Below the pieces are notes generated by a model that was given only the letters and a program-made list of their open reading frames with translations, made no database searches and was not told the DNA's origin. Positions 33,601 through 49,300 of a stretch of 64,000 bases of DNA are shown here, piece by piece. A program made the position numbers and the translations under genes. Each line of letters begins with the position of its first letter. The first letter of the stretch is position 1. The stretch is from Bugula neritina (lineage: Eukaryota > Animalia > Bryozoa), in the NCBI GenBank assembly GCA_964035545.1, contig OZ037766.1, forward strand, positions 30,370,773 through 30,434,772. The letters are read 5' to 3'.

Positions 33601-36600
33601 TGAGAGTATAAATAGCATTCTTGAGTTTCATATCTAAAATCGAGAGTAGCTAACTCCTTGCTACCCACATATTTAGCTATATTACAAACAGCTGTTAAAC
33701 ATTTGTAGGATCCAAAAACTTGCTTATATGCTATTTTTCAGTGTTACTCTCTAGTGGATTTTTGAAAATAGTGCACTCAATATATTAAATACCTTTAAGG
33801 TATTTGTATGTATATGCTTTCTCAATCTAGATTTTGGTGAAGAAGGGGACCCGGACTGTGCCCTCCCTAAATACTGGGCTATGATTGAAGTAAGTTTCCA
33901 GTCTTCTCATCTACACTCTATCTGAAGAATCTTCCCACTTCCTTGTATTCAACCAACTGCTTAGCAATCACGTTGAATATATCTAGTTGTCAGCTTCCTC
34001 TAATCATTCTGCACCTTGTAGGCTAAGCACTGTCAGAATGTAGAGAAATCCCGTCAGATCTGGAACGACACTATGACTGGTTACAGGCACGACAAAGCTG
34101 TCGCTTGGCTGGAATTTGCCAACTTTGAAAGGTGTGTTAACTAATCAGCCATTTCTATCTCAAAGTGTCTTATGCATGGTTCTTGGGTACAGAAAACAGT
34201 TTTATTTTTCAGTAATTGCTTTTAGTAGTATCAAAATTTCGAGCAGTATGAGAGAATTTGACTAAAACTTGAAGATTAATCCAGACTTCATTTACACGAA
34301 AAATCATTGCACATCTCAGTGTTGCATAAATTGTATTAGACTAAAAATGTATAATTTGTTTTTTATTTTAATCTTTCAACAACTGGGTTTGTCAAACAAA
34401 TTTACCTGATATTCCCGCATAATTTAGTCTGGTGAGACGCTATTTACTCTAAAGTGCTAAGTGGCTAGGAGTCACTAAGCAATTTGTCTCTGATGTAATG
34501 CATTGTAGATGTTGTGTAGTAAATGCAGCTGTCAAACCTTGGTTGGTGCCAGCTTTACTGCTTCACTCTCAGTTATTTGTTGTTAATATCTCTAAAATCA
34601 TTATGCAAGTTCCAGTTGCTATTATATTATTATTCAAATATATTATTATTCAAAAATTCAAGTGTTGGAAATTGGTTTTTATTTCTTCTTCTGGCTAGCC
34701 CCCCTTTCTCTGTAGTTACTGATTTAGTTACTGATGTAGCTGCATATTCCACTGTCTCTCTCTTTAGTTACTGGTGTACATATGCACACTGACAGAGTTT
34801 GGTTTCTGTTCACCAGGTGTTATGGGGACTATAAACACTGCCGCAAGGTCTTCCAGCGAGCTCTAAAGTCAGTCACTGATTACCCTGAATCTATCTGCGC
34901 TGAGTACATCCGGTTTGAGAGGGAGGAGGGGGCCCTCAGTCAGCTCTACGCTGCTCAGTCTAGAGTTGCAGATGTCAGGGAAAAGGTACTGCTGTGTTCC
35001 ACTGCTGACCAGTGGGTGTTCTACTGTTTTATGTGCGGATTGTTTTTGCAGCGATTGTCATTTATTCTAAGTTGAAGACATCCTAATATTTTTAAATCAA
35101 TATAAAATCATTTTTTATTGCCCATACCTCAATGAATTTGTCTATGTACTATGTGTGCGTTATAGTGATTATATTTGGTTTAAATTGAAGATTGCCAAAG
35201 AGTTGAAGGATAGAAAGCCTCGATTTGATAATAAAAAGCCGTCTTTCAAAGGTGGTAAATATACCCGATCAAAAGACACAAAACATGATAAAAACCAGTA
35301 CAAAGGCAGTGAGAATTCTAACCAATCAAATGATAGTAAACATCCAAAGAACCAATCAGATGACAGGACATCATTTAAGAAGCCGTATCAGAAAAATCCT
35401 CAACCCAAGAATGTTCCCAAAAAAGATTCCCCTGTCAAAGGCGAGAGGAAGTCAAGCAATGTTAATCACGAGCCAGTCGCTGTTTATAAAAGAAAGGTTT
35501 GAATATAAATTAATTTACCTGCTAAATTGTCTGTCTGTCTCTGCGCCAACCCCGGTCCGTCTCTGCACCAGTCGCAGTGCTGGGTTGAGTTAATGGCTTA
35601 TTGTAACCTTTTAGTCAGTCCTGAATCTTATGTTTAGTATAGGGTGCAGAATTACTATGAGATGTGCCTAGACCAGCAGGTAGAGAGTTGACAACTCCCA
35701 GGTCTTGTAATGATCCAATGTACTTAGTTGTCTGATTCTCACGTCTTGCTGTAGAGAAACCAATCAGCTACCGGGGGAAGCGAGACAACTCCCAGTGATA
35801 CGGCAGACACTCCATTATTCAAGATGCCTGAAGTACCCAGTGGTGCTCCACCTGCCAAGAAATCTAAGCCATCAGGTATTTTTCATATCTCAGGTTTTTG
35901 TGTGAAAAAATCATTTTGAGTTGGTTTTCTTCTAAGTATATTTTGTTGTTGATAAGTTTGTATTATGACGTACCAGGTTGGTACATTGACTGCATGAATT
36001 GGTTGTATTGAAACAAACTAGGTGATATATTGTTATAACGTCAACTAGAGTTGATGTACTACTATACCTAATAGCTATAACCAGTGTATTCATGTGAATT
36101 ATGCATTTCCTGATTATTATCACAAGAAGCTCACGCAAGTTTATAGTCACTATCCCTGTGAGAAACCCCTGATGGAAGGGTTTTTTGTTCAATTGGGCTA
36201 AGGACTTGTTCAGATGTGGCACAGGAGCAATTATGACTGGATGCTCTTCCTAACATCATCAATGGCCTTTGTATTGTCATAGTCAGCATCTATATATAGT
36301 ATTTGTATTGTTCTTGCTAGATTCCACAAGGCTGATGTAATACATTACAGGTCAACACCATCTTATCACATATCATTACATATCATTATAACATAAATTA
36401 ACTACATAAACTGGTTGTCCCTGTGTGCTCTATCAGCCAGGGATATTCGTCTGCAATCTACACTCTCTAGTGTTTCCTGTAGCTTGAGTTCTCTGCCATT
36501 GTAGATGAAGAGAAGAAGGCAGACTATAGCCAGACTGATAATACTACAATATTTGTGTCTAACTTAGCTTATGATGTTACTGAATCCACTCTTCAAGATA

Positions 36601-39600
36601 TCTTCAAACAGGTGAAGTATCTCATAGTTTATATCTTTTTGTAAAAGTAACAGTTGTGTTATTTTGTTTTTATGCTGTATTTTTCATAGCGTAACGTATG
36701 GTACTGTATTTTGAGTCTTAAAAATAGGCCGCAAGACGCAATAATTTTTTGTAATAAATTATTTGGTTAGAGTTTGTCTTGTAGTGCGGGAGTGTAAAGG
36801 AAATCAGGATTATGAAAGGCAAGGGAGACAAGTCTAAAGGATTTGCGTATGTGGAGTTCGACAAGGTGGAGTGTGTAGCCCCAGCTCTTGCTCTAGACCG
36901 ACATCCTATTGAGGGACGAGCTATGTACGTCTCCCCTTGCAATAGGAAAAGATCAGAAAACACACCTAAGTTGAAGGTATCTGAGAGTCGTTTTTATTTT
37001 CTCCGTATTTATTGACAAACTTGATTTTTGTTGAAAGTTGATTTTGTTCTTGACTACCCTATATGGGAGAATAACCCCATTTTCTTTTATAATGTAACAT
37101 ATATGGCTTGTTACTAAAATAAATATTAAAGCAGTTAATGTATATATGGTATATATGTAATGTATTCATATTTATTAATCCACTAGAAATGGTTAAGTTT
37201 TTGCTGCACCGTTTCCATCTCATGCCATGGACTATTCAAGTGTTGCTGTTATATTATCATATATGTGCTCACAGCTGCTATGTAGTTGTGTAATTTATCC
37301 TCTCTTTGCTATTGTTTGTGTTGCATTTTCTTTTGTTTTGTTTACCCATCAGTATGAAACTGGCATGGAGAAATGCAAGTTATTTGTCAGTGGATTGAAC
37401 TACCAGACGTCTGCTGAACAGATAAAAGAAGAATTTGCTAAGGTAATTTAGCATAAGTCTTTACAGTCGTTTGTTATAACTGAGTGAAATTAAAGAGTTT
37501 GCAAACACAGTTTAATAGACTTGTATGGAACATTCCAGAATATAAAGCATGAGTCACTGCGCCAGTGCATGCAGGTCATGTTAGTTTATATCACTGCGCC
37601 AATTTATAATATTCAGGTGATGTTAGTTTTCAGTAGGAGTTGTGTCTCGTGCTATTAGATTGTAACTTTGCGTATCCAGTTGTGTTACTTATGTTTCCTA
37701 AATATGGAAATGCGTGCCGTATATGTTGCTGCAGTTTACTATTCTATGTATTGTTCTACTTGATAGCACGGTAAAGTGAAGGATGTGCGACTAGTTACCT
37801 ACAAGGGAGGCAATTCCAAAGGCCTTGCTTATGTCGAGTTTTATGAAGAGGTTTGTAGTTTAAGTATAAAAGTATTTTAACGTGTTCATGTAACATCACA
37901 TCAAATGTAAACTGTGCATTTTTCACAACTAGCCCATAGCCAAGGGGGTATTGTATTAGCCAATGACAATGTTTATCTCATCTCTCTTGCAGACGGATGC
38001 TAGAAAAGCTCTCCTAGCAATGGATGCTGCCACTTTCCATGACTTCACTATTAAAGTAGCCATTAGCAACCCTCCGGCTAGGAAACCCCCGGCAGCATCT
38101 GGCACTGGATTTATCCCCTCTCTGGGTGGCCCCAGCAAGCAGCTGCAGGACAGGTAAGCGGATAAGCGCTGACTTATTACATAACACGTGAAAAATCTCG
38201 GCATTTGTTGAAATTATTGTTCTTTCATTTCAAATTTGTTGATTGAATAATTGTGATTTAAATATTTTATTCAAAAGTTGTAGTTTTTCAAGTAAATATA
38301 TTTTTGTTTGAAGTTTGCAGGAGTTTAAGATTGAATTTTATTGTTGATGAAAGTTTAGGGGATTTATTTTTCTCCCTCACATGTTTCTGACCAGTTCATT
38401 TGATTATCTCAAATAGCAAAATTCATAGAATTGTTCCTACAGATTTTTGCACTAACTCACTCCTTATCATACATACAGACACCAGTAAGAGTGTTGATAA
38501 CTTTCTTAGAAAACTGCTGGTATTCATTTTATACTACACAGCTTTCATACCCCCTTCTCCCACCCAAAACTCTTTTTCTAATAGCAATACACGAACCCCA
38601 TATTTTTATCTCATGAGTCATGCTTTTCAAGAAGTCTTGTAATTTATTAAGAAGCTTTATTTGACCTTTGACCTAAACATTAATAATATAATGCAAAATA
38701 ATTAAATTTCGCTGAAATAAATAATCATACTAGTTGACTGTATGTGTCGAGGCAGAGATCACAAAGCACAATGTGAAGTTGTCCCCTCGCTCGCATAATA
38801 ACTTGAGGCAATCAGATTATGTGAACATAGAAGTATTGATTGTTCACTTCACAATTGCTTTGTGTGTATCTTATTTCACTGGATTCTGGCCTTTGAAGTT
38901 AATCTGATGAATATGTGATGATATCTCTCTATTTAGAATGTACTGTCATATATTCCGTATTATTCTATAGTTGCCTCGATCTCTCCAGTCCATCCTTATT
39001 TAGGTGTGGTAACAGATAATATCCAATAGCTTATACTCTTTGATTGTATACGTATAAATTTAGTTTGAGGTGCAAGTTAAAATTCTCACGAAGACACAAA
39101 TTTATTTGCAATATTTTTTCATCTAAAAAACAGGTTATTTTCTATCTCCCATTATCTTCAGTGAGTGGATAGTTTGACGATATACTGTAGACATCTATCA
39201 TTTATTTTCTCTATATTACGCCATTTAGTACCAAGTCTTTTTGTGTCTCTCTATTCTTTTATTGTATTCTACACTTGAAGAATAAATCGCAGATAGGTGG
39301 CATTAAATAAATTAGTTACTATTTGTGGTTTTCTACTTTAAGCTGTTTTGTAAAATTTTATTTCTTTAATTTCAAAATTTAGGAATAGCTAATCACCAAG
39401 TTTGTATCACGTAACCAACCAATCACAGTTAAGCACTCGTCTTCTTTCTTTTTACAGCCAATCCAGAGGGAAATCCAAAACTCAGATCAATTTGATGCCA
39501 AGAGTTTTCCAAACAAAGCCTCCAACACCTAAACCCAAAACTGAGAAATCTTCTACGGGACCTGCTGATACCCCCTCTGTCAAAATGGACAACGTACCTG

Positions 39601-39665
39601 AGGCTAAACCTGGACCAAAATTAAGCAACGCTGACTTCAGAACTCTTCTTCTGTCAAAGAAATAA
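27677..39665 (+). CDS. SART3: SART3 / Prp24 / p110, U4/U6 snRNP recycling factor (~20 exons)
   Basis: Acidic N-terminus; HAT-repeat exons (NPYLYEAY..FPLTE-IWTDWLADE 28854-29581; LFERAL; KVFQRAL..FEREEG); two RRMs (TIFVSNL..KSKGFAYVEF; KLFVSGL..SKGLAYVEF); C-terminal LSm-binding motif LSNADFRTLLL. Confidence 0.95.
32095..32392. repeat. intronic minisatellite, ~14-bp unit CATGGTGATGTA(AC/GT)
   Basis: About 20 degenerate tandem units starting shortly after the SART3 donor at ~32069. Confidence 0.9.
36127..36270 (-). mobile_element. 5'-truncated copy of the same SINE in a SART3 intron
   Basis: Reverse complement matches the 3' two-thirds of 17175-17381 (GGAAGAGCATCCAGTCATAATTGCTCCT, TTCTCACAGGGAT). 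Confidence 0.85.
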
Positions 39666-42600
39666 CCTCAATTTGTCAACTATTTTCTTCTATCAGTCTA
39701 TTTTGGTGAGAGGCATCCAGTTGCATTTAGAGAGAGTGTAAATATTGTATATAATAATAATAATAATCAGATTTCACATCAATGTATAATTCACCAGTCA
39801 AAGGTTTTTTGTTGAAATTTATACTCTTTGTAGTTATTACAAAACATTTTCATTTGCATGTATTTTAATGTGTGATTTATTATGGAAAAAATATACAAAT
39901 ATTGAAATATTCAGCCAAGTATTGCAGTGACAATTGAAATAAATCTCTGCATCATCCCATTGCATTTCCTAGACATCTTGAGCTAATATATTATATTGTA
40001 TACTATGCGTAGGCAAGACGCATTGGCACGTGACCTTTTATTCTGTCAAATGAAATACGACAGTCAAAAGCAGTTGAACAGTGGAAGTATATGTTTGCAT
40101 ACTTGCATGCTGTGTGTGTGCATAAAAAAATTGTGTTGATAAACTATTTTTATTGACTAAAGTTAATGAGTCACACAAAGGAATAAGCTCTTTGTTAGGT
40201 TGCTATGGGAACAATGTTAGAATTGTCCAACATTTTATACCTACAGGTTTGATCTTTTCAGATGCTAATTTTTACCTGATTTGCAAGTAAATAAAAGTAG
40301 TTTATCAGAAGCAAGAGAAAAATATGCGGAGGTTTTATTTGCTATTAATAGGAGAATCACCTAGAGTTATTCATGTTGACCCTTTTATCAACAAATTAAG
40401 TGACAACATTCAGAGTTATCCACTCCTTTTACATTTCTGCAATGCATGTGCTAGCCAAATAATGCAAGGATAGATTCATCATGTTATTATTCGATTTATA
40501 TTGTGAAGCTACTTATAAAAATATTACATTTGTTTGTGCGGACAAATAATTTTTATATTACAGATTTTTTCACAATTAATTTCAATTATCAAGCATATTT
40601 GAACATTTGGTTGCCCTTTGCATGGTACTGAACCTATTTCACCTTAATTAGTAGTACATATTCACTAGTTGGTAATTTGTAAAAATATAACATTTAATTT
40701 AATATAAAAAGTTATTGCATACTGCAGTTAATAGAACCAATAAAGTATAGTCAGCTCTTATGTATTTCCCATGCAAGCAACCATACTATAATATAAAGTG
40801 CAAAGTGTTCAAATCTTAGCTTTTTATTTCAAGTTATGAAACTCAAGATCTATTAGAAATTCACAATGCCTTCACTTAGATGTCGGACAAATTATTGCAA
40901 TGTCATTCATGAGATATCATTCATACATGTTATTGTTTATCCTAACAACCTAATAGCAGTCAGTCTATTTAAAGTCTATGAAATATTTCAGCAATGAACT
41001 GACATGAACAAACGAATGACTGAAATATAATGACAATCACTAATGCCGGCACGCATCATTGATTTTTGTAAATACCAACTATTATTTGCAGTTACTCCTA
41101 ATGTCTAAACCTCTATACATCTATACGCTTGGATCCTGTCCAGGTGACCGAATTTCTATAAATTTGCATTAATTACAAAAAAATTGCCTGCAATTCCTTA
41201 AAAACTTTGCATGTTTAAAAATTTCTCAGTGCTTTTTCAGGCTTGCAATGATCAATGCTTGTATGAAATTGAATTATTTTTTGAGTTTAACAGCATCAAT
41301 TAATTTTATAATTAATAAAACTTTATGAGTCATATTTTGGAATATTTTTGTTTTTATAGCAAATACTATTAAAACAAAATTGCAAATTTAGAACTGTTTT
41401 AGAGCCTAAATTTGCATTTTGCAGCTATTATATCTTGTTCTGTTTATAATATATAAAAATACACCCAAACATAAAATTATTTTTACACCTCGCTTGCCAG
41501 CAGGTAAAAACTTTAGTTTTTGTGTTTGTAGATTAGTTACTCGGGTTGGCTATGCCACATCCCCTTTTGAGTGAAATAATAAAAGCCAAGGCTAAAACTG
41601 CACTCAAACTTCCTTGTATAAATACCTGTCTCCAGGCAGCATGTATTAGAGTCTATTCATAACAGTTGAACACCAATTGTTGACCAATTTGCTCGTGCCA
41701 ATTTTTCGTGTCATAGGTCAATTATTGGAAATTCTCGGGGATTTCTCTCTTGACATCGGGGATTTACAAAATTCAACAATAGAGTAGTGTTTATAAATCT
41801 AATCGAGTAGACATTTACGCATTGCCGGTTTTAATTTTTAGAGCGCTGGCATTTTTAGACTGGCACAGGTTTTGACCCTGACTGATATGCAGAAAAAAAA
41901 GCATATGTTGAATGTTTTAATCGAAGGTATCCCATGGGGATTCCAAGAAAGTTACGACACACCCCGTCTGATTTAGAATTTCAGAATTCCCCTCCAAACT
42001 TGATTATGTTATCTTTTATTCTGTTTCAAAACAACATGCCTTATAGAGAAAACAATACATACATTATTTCGAGTTGTTCAAATAGCATTTGATGTCATAT
42101 TTCATTCAGCTTTTTTGTGAGACTTTTTCGATTTTTCGAATGTAAGTCAAAAATTTGACCACTTTATTTAGCACTTTCTTCTTCTAACATTTTAAAATAT
42201 GTTATTGAAGCTTCATTAAAGTTCTATATAACATGAAAAAATATATATACTTAAAAATGCTTATACTTACGGGCTTTTTCTGTTTGTCATTTAATTAAAG
42301 CCAAACGCTGCTGTCATAGTGTGATGAGAAAAACGTTAGACGAAATGAGTTTATCGAAATTCACAACCTACGATAAAATCTTGATTAGCCTGTAAAACTG
42401 TGTATGATTGGCTAAAAGTAGTAAGGTCGACTGCTACCGCATAGCCCACGCCCTACACAATCATGCTTTGCATATGTGTCTGGAATTCCCATGAACGGGA
42501 CGGCGCATGCAAATTTTGCGTCAAGCTCTTTAGCATGATGAGGTTAAACCAAAGTTGTATGCTAAAGTAATATTCTTGAGTGATTTATTGCAAAACTTAA

Positions 42601-43231
42601 AATCATCTTTTATTCTTTAAACCTAGAATAATGGTTTGCAGCTTAATAAAGGACTCAAAATATTGCGTTATGGAAAAAATTAACATAATTTATTGGTTAA
42701 ATATGCATTAATATATGCAAGAGCAAAATATAGATACAAACGCATGTATACATGTTTGTATATACGAACATGTCTAACGGATTTAATTGACTCCAGCTGT
42801 GATCCTGGTTCAAATGACACCTGAATTAATTCATCAAGTGCATGCAAAACATAAATCACATTATTGCATATTGCAGAGGTCATCAAAAATAAATAATTTC
42901 TAAATATATCTGTTTGAGGACTTTTTTGAATAGCAAGAAGTCAAGATTTATGACACAAAAATGTTACAAGTTCTTTTGGAAAGACAAGCCAATTTGTAAA
43001 ACATTGCAATATACTTCTTTCTTTTGATAAAATTTTGCACATTTAATTTTGTGTTTTTTTCAGCAGTTTTAACAATAATAATGAGCTTCATTATTGTGTC
43101 ATATGCTACTATAGTCACTGCTGCTAAGGCAGCCCCTGCTACTGATTGCTATGTGCAAGTCTGTTTTTAGCCACCTATTATCTAACCACCCTGGGTGGGC
43201 TTTGCAAATGCAAAACTTCCTGGTTAAAGAC

Positions 43232-43240
43232 TATAAAAGG
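43232..43240 (+). promoter_or_regulatory. candidate TATA box of the TNF-ligand gene
   Basis: TATAAAAGG about 100 bp upstream of ATG 43334. Confidence 0.5.
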
Positions 43241-43333
43241 GTCGCAAAAGTAAGCTTATCTCATTCGAATTTAATCAGAGTAATAAGGCTTTTCTTGCTT
43301 TATAATTAGCTAAGGCACTTTTACGGCGTTGTC

Positions 43334-46300
43334 ATGCAGCAAATTGGTGAGACTTCTTATTCTAAAAGCACTCAGGTGCCAACAACACAAAAGTATTTTA
43401 ATGCATTCGTTTTTTGCATGATTTTAATTTTGTCGGGGTTCACTGTGTACAGTTTTTATCAACTTCAGATGCACCAACTCTCTCAGCAGCACACAGAAGC
43501 GTATTCAGGCTCAAAATTGGTAAGTCAATACCTAGGTGGTCAAGTTTTTAAAGAGGTTTACTTTCTACTTGAAACATGATTGCATAATTCAAATAATATT
43601 TTTGAAGATAACTTATTATAAAAATTTATGTCTTTTAATAAACTGCCATTAAACATTAATGCCTTATTACAAATTATTGTTGTTTATTTACCAATTATGA
43701 CACTTTGTCATGTTCAACAAAAAGTCTATTTAGTTAAAAAGTAAGAACATTGTAAACATGATTATAGGTTTTTATAATGACCGTAGTAGTACCCTGCAGC
43801 ATAGCATAATGGCTGTAGTCGACCTATTATATATGTGTATTAAAGACAAAATGCACTGTTTTGAAGGCATTGTTTGATTTGAGATACCTTTCTAAAAAGT
43901 TGTATTGCTCTTAGTTTGTTTTTTGATTACAATTTATTGAACAAAGCATTCAGGTTTCATCACAGAATCAGACTGACTCGACACTGTTGAAAAAAATATC
44001 ATCTAACTAATTTGATTTCTGATTTCATTTATTCTTTAATACATTCTGCCAACATAATTTAAAAGCAAGATATTTTTCTATACAAGTATTGAAAAAAAAT
44101 CAATAAATAAAACATAGTTAGTTTTTCAGCAAGATATTTTTAAGCTCAATGCGCATTTAAAAAACAATTTAATGTGAAAATTCTAAAAGTACAATTTGTG
44201 ATTCCTTTAATGTTTTGTATGCATTTTGTGTTTCAAGGCTTTGTATAGAAAGACAGACGACATGGTTGCAACTACTAGCAAGACAAAAAGCTCAGTCAGA
44301 AGTAAGAGACAGGCTGCCGATGGCGCAACTCAGCCACACTGGCGAGAACAGTACACTGAGTTGAGTGCTAGAGTCAGCCAGTTGGAACAGGCAGATGTAA
44401 GTCTAATTTCATTTCTGTTAGATAGATGTTGTTTATATGATAATTTATATTGATAATTGATTAGCAATTTATTTTAAGATTTCATAATTTTATATATTAT
44501 AATAAATGGACAATTCAAATTTTGAGCCAATTAAATTATCATTTAAAAAAATTAATTTGAGTATGCTAATTATAATAACATTTCTATTCATTGCTGATCT
44601 ATCGTGGTAAAAAGTTTTTAATTGCTTGTCATTTTCTAGAGCTGGAAGCCATCTGCTGCTCACTTCAAAATGTACAATGCTTCCATTAACAGTGCCATCA
44701 ATGAACAAGGTATGTCATTTACAGTATTCGATAGAGTAACAAACTCAACAGGGCAACATAACTTAGCATATTTAATTTAGGCTGTTCTTAAATATTTTAC
44801 AATCCATTCAAACTTACCTTTATATCTTCAAACTGTGGTGCTACAAATGGTACTAGTAGTACTATGAGTGCCCATAGTACCAGTGGTAATATGAGTTCGA
44901 ATGTAGTTTCAAGGTTTATGAATTTATAATTGATCTCTAATACCCAATTACTTTCAATCATATTGTAATTTGTCTAAAAACTCTAGAAAATGCTCGATGT
45001 GGTAACCATGGCAACATTAAATGTAGAAGAAAACCACAAATTTCAATTTAATTCATGTGCATAACCCAGAGTAAACTGCACAACCTTAAATTTTTATTCT
45101 TTCATTTTAATTAATTTATCTGAAGTGCTTTAGCTCCCTTACATGCCAACGTGACACTGTGACACCTCTCTTACATGCCAACGTGACACTGTGACACTTC
45201 CTTTACATGCCAACGTGACACTGTAACACCTTTTTGTATCTCTGCTATAAGAATACTAGCACTTGTTTTTACCCCAACTAAAGTATGCTGTCAGTTGCCA
45301 TGACGACCAAGTTAGCATGTTGTAGATTGCTTTTACTCTTCATCACCTAGGTCCTAGAGGATACTCATCAGGTAAATTTCTGCAGCTGCCAAAGCAGCTT
45401 CCAGAATAATCATCCTAATTTATACTTCTCTGTTTGATTTGTGGTGCTTGTGTAGGCCATGGGTGTATCTCTGATAGTAAATTATAACAGAAGTGTGATT
45501 TAGTTTGTAGTGAGGCCTCTAATCAGTCAGCTACCTGTAATACCTTCCACTATAATAAACAATATACACTCAGTTGATTATTGTGTATTTTGGAATTTTA
45601 TAATAATATATGTTTCAATGTTTGATTCTCATCCATTCTCACCCAACTCTGCTCTGTCCGGTTTGGGTAGTGGAATGTGTTTAAATATTTAATAGGAGTT
45701 GATAAATATACACAAGCAGTGATTTATGCTACACTTTTTTGTGGTTGAATGCTCAACTTCATAATAGCTAGTTTTTTCATTTTTCTAACTGTAAACAGAG
45801 ATAGCATGGAAGGTCTGCTCTTGATTCATATTGAATGATTTGAATTCAACATAAAAAAATCAATAGTCATGGTTAAATCTCTGGCAATTTTGCAATCTTT
45901 ATCTTGTTATCCTTAAACAAATATTTTTGTACTATTGTAAATATAGTTTCATAAATGGTTTTGTTGCTATAGATATAACAATTTTTTTATGTTGATTTCA
46001 TTATATATTCTTGCTAAGACTTCCAACCTATCCTGTGTAACATTGATCTATTTCTTTATTGAGGTTGTTTGCCTCTTATGATTATAACATACTATGTGGT
46101 TAACAATATGTTTCAGTGGTCTACGCCAGATGGGATGCAGGCCGCCATGTTGGGGTAGATCCGCATACGACCCCTAGACTACACACTAGTCATAACTTCA
46201 GCACTCCGCTAATCCCAGAGAAAGGCATTTACTATGTCTATGGACAAATCTCCCTGCAAGGGAAGCATAACTTATCTGATGATATGTAAGTTCAAACCGA

Positions 46301-49300
46301 TTTCATATTAAAACATATTATGCTGTGTTATATTATATTGTATTATATTATATATATATATATATAGGATATATATAGGATATACTATAATACATTGTCT
46401 TACCTACAAAATATAATAAAAACTTATTAAATTATAATACTTGTATTTCATAGCAATATATTAAAATCAGTAAAATAATTTTAAGTAATAAGTCTAATGG
46501 CTAATGAATTTAAAGCATATTGAATATTACAGATGTTTAGCAGGTTTTTTGCAAAAAAATGTGTTTTTTTAGTATTGGAGTTCATCAATTCATACTACTT
46601 TACACCAATTATAATATTATATAGATTAATAAGCTACAATATTTGTACAATGTAGAAACACAAATCCGTTAACCATTATATATCCCTTTTTATCATTTGC
46701 ATTTAATTATTTGTTATTGTTATATTACCTATTGTGTATTATGATTGTAACTGTGTGATAAGTTATGGGAAGCTGCATATATGAGATGCACTTATTAAAC
46801 ACAATATCATATAATTACATAATTTAGTGATCATAAGGAGTTTAATTGCAAGTTAATACATTAAAAATTTGATCTCGCACTTTGCACTTTAAACAAAATA
46901 CTATTGAGCCACGAAAAGTCTGTATATATTATAGAGAAATATTATTATGCAATTTTCTATAGTTATAGTTTGAAAATTTAATGTACAAAGCTTGCTTATA
47001 TTAAAACAATTGTGATTGTTTTATGCTACACGTCATACTAAAGCAAAATCTTTTATAAGAAAATTATGCGGCAATGTGTCATTTACTCTTGTGGGTGTAG
47101 TTGAAAAGCAAGCATCATTCAGCATAGTTACAGTATATCACAAACTATGTCCTACTTTCTCTGCATCAGTAGCTTTTATTTGCATTTATTATAAGGGGAG
47201 ACTAAGTTTTAAGTATTTTCAAAGCAGTGCATACTAAACACTTATTAAGCTGGCTAATTATAAAGTAAAGTGTACTTGTTAAAGAGCTTATGTAGTTTTC
47301 TTAGAATTGGAATCAATAAAGAACAGTTATTCTAATAATTGTAGCCCAACTCTTTATCTTTACTTATTCTTGGTATTCTGTTGGACTCAATTGAAGTGTT
47401 ATCTACTATTCGTAGAAAACCACTCCAACAAAATGCTTGATAAAATTTTCAACGCACTGCTAAATTGGGTTGTTTTGTTTTGTATGCATAGCCAGTTTCT
47501 CTAAACTTTTCATATTTTACTGGGGTACTTCAGAATATGCAAACAGTATCTACAAACTTTTAAATTCATGCACCCAGGAGCATGAAATAGCCCTTGTCAC
47601 TTTCTGTTGTCTATTCAACTTTGAAGGGTGCCCTAAACTTACTTCCTAGATAGAGCTGCAGCTAACAAACTATTATCCAATTAATGGGATTTTCCCAATT
47701 CCAGGGCATGCCAGCTTTGATTGGTTGATTGTGTTATTCTGTCTGATTTATAAATAGAGCTATATGTTAATTTAAGAGGAATTCAGTTGCATGAATAAAA
47801 GGACCACTAAAGCCAACAAGACTTTTTAAAAGTTTTTGGACTAAAATAAGATTTTCAGCCTTACATCTTTAACTGGCATCATATTAAAATTTAGAACAAT
47901 TAAAATACTCATTTTAGGTTTTAGTAGCTACATACTGGACTAACTTTTAGCAATCAATAAAGTACATCATGAGGAAATAATGAAATAATCTCTGTTATGT
48001 TTAGCACTTCAAAAGCTTACCAGATAACATCATATAAATCAAGTTTAGCATATTAAAACTTTGTCTTTTGGTGAATCTGTAAAATTATTATCTTTGCTTC
48101 AGAGTGAACAACGTTGAGAACAAGTACGTGAAGGTGCAGATTGTAGTGGTCCCACCTGAGGAAAGCGATGGACGAGATATAGCCAACGATGACGCTGAGA
48201 AGTTATTCTCATCAACACTCACTCAGTATGAGCTGTAAGTTTCTGTCATGTTTTGGTAAAATGCCTGTACATACAGTATATTTCCTTTAGCTCTAGTCTA
48301 TTCTGTTGAGGGAATTGCATAACAGACCAGTTTGAAAGACTTATTAAATAATGCTAATTATTTTGCATTATTCAACGACATTGTCAGCTGCAGTGTTAAT
48401 TAGTCAATAGTAGATCAGATATTTCTATTTTTAGCTATCAAGTGCAACAAAAATATCAACCTTCACTTTGTAGAATGTACAAGTACTGTGTAATTCATCG
48501 TTCATATAGTAGCCTAAAACTGCTTAACTATCTAAAGAATGCACTACTCCTAGTGACTTTATTATAACTTATGTAAATTTATTTACAAAATAATTGTCAA
48601 ACTTGTTAATGTATATTGTTTGATATTGGTAACTGAGCAACAAAAAATAAGTATTGGGCAAAGAGGAGACAAATCTCTTTTAAGGTGATTTTTTAAAATG
48701 CTAGGGAGAAGCCGTGGTCTAGGAGTTAGAGTGTTTGCCTAGTAAGCACAAAGGCATGGTTTTGAGCCCCGACAAATGCCATTGTTAAGAAAAGCATCAA
48801 GTCATAATTGCTCCTGTACCCCATCTGAATAAGTCCTTATAGCCCGAATTAACAAAAATCCCCTTCCATCAGAGGTTTCTCACAGGGATGGGGACTATAA
48901 ACCTCCGTGAGTTTTTTTTAAATGCATATACATAGCAAAATCAAAAGCAGATAAAGGAACAATAATTAGTTTTACTATATAGATAAATCATGCTATGAAC
49001 TGTGAAAGATTACATAAGCTTCTCTCTGACTAGCTTGCAGTATTCAACTCTTTGCAATTCATAACAGTATTGTTTCAAGTGTGTCACATGTATAAAATAA
49101 TTTATATTGATACTTGTCTACAAATGATAAAATAATTGACAAATTTAGACTAATCTTCTCTTAAGTTTTGTATCACTTCCTGCTACTTAGAAAGCATTAA
49201 AACGCAAACGTATCAGCAATCTTATTATAATCAAGTAATGCTTTATGGCTTATGCAGTATGGCAATGATAGCCAGTTATATACATTATATAGTGCATATC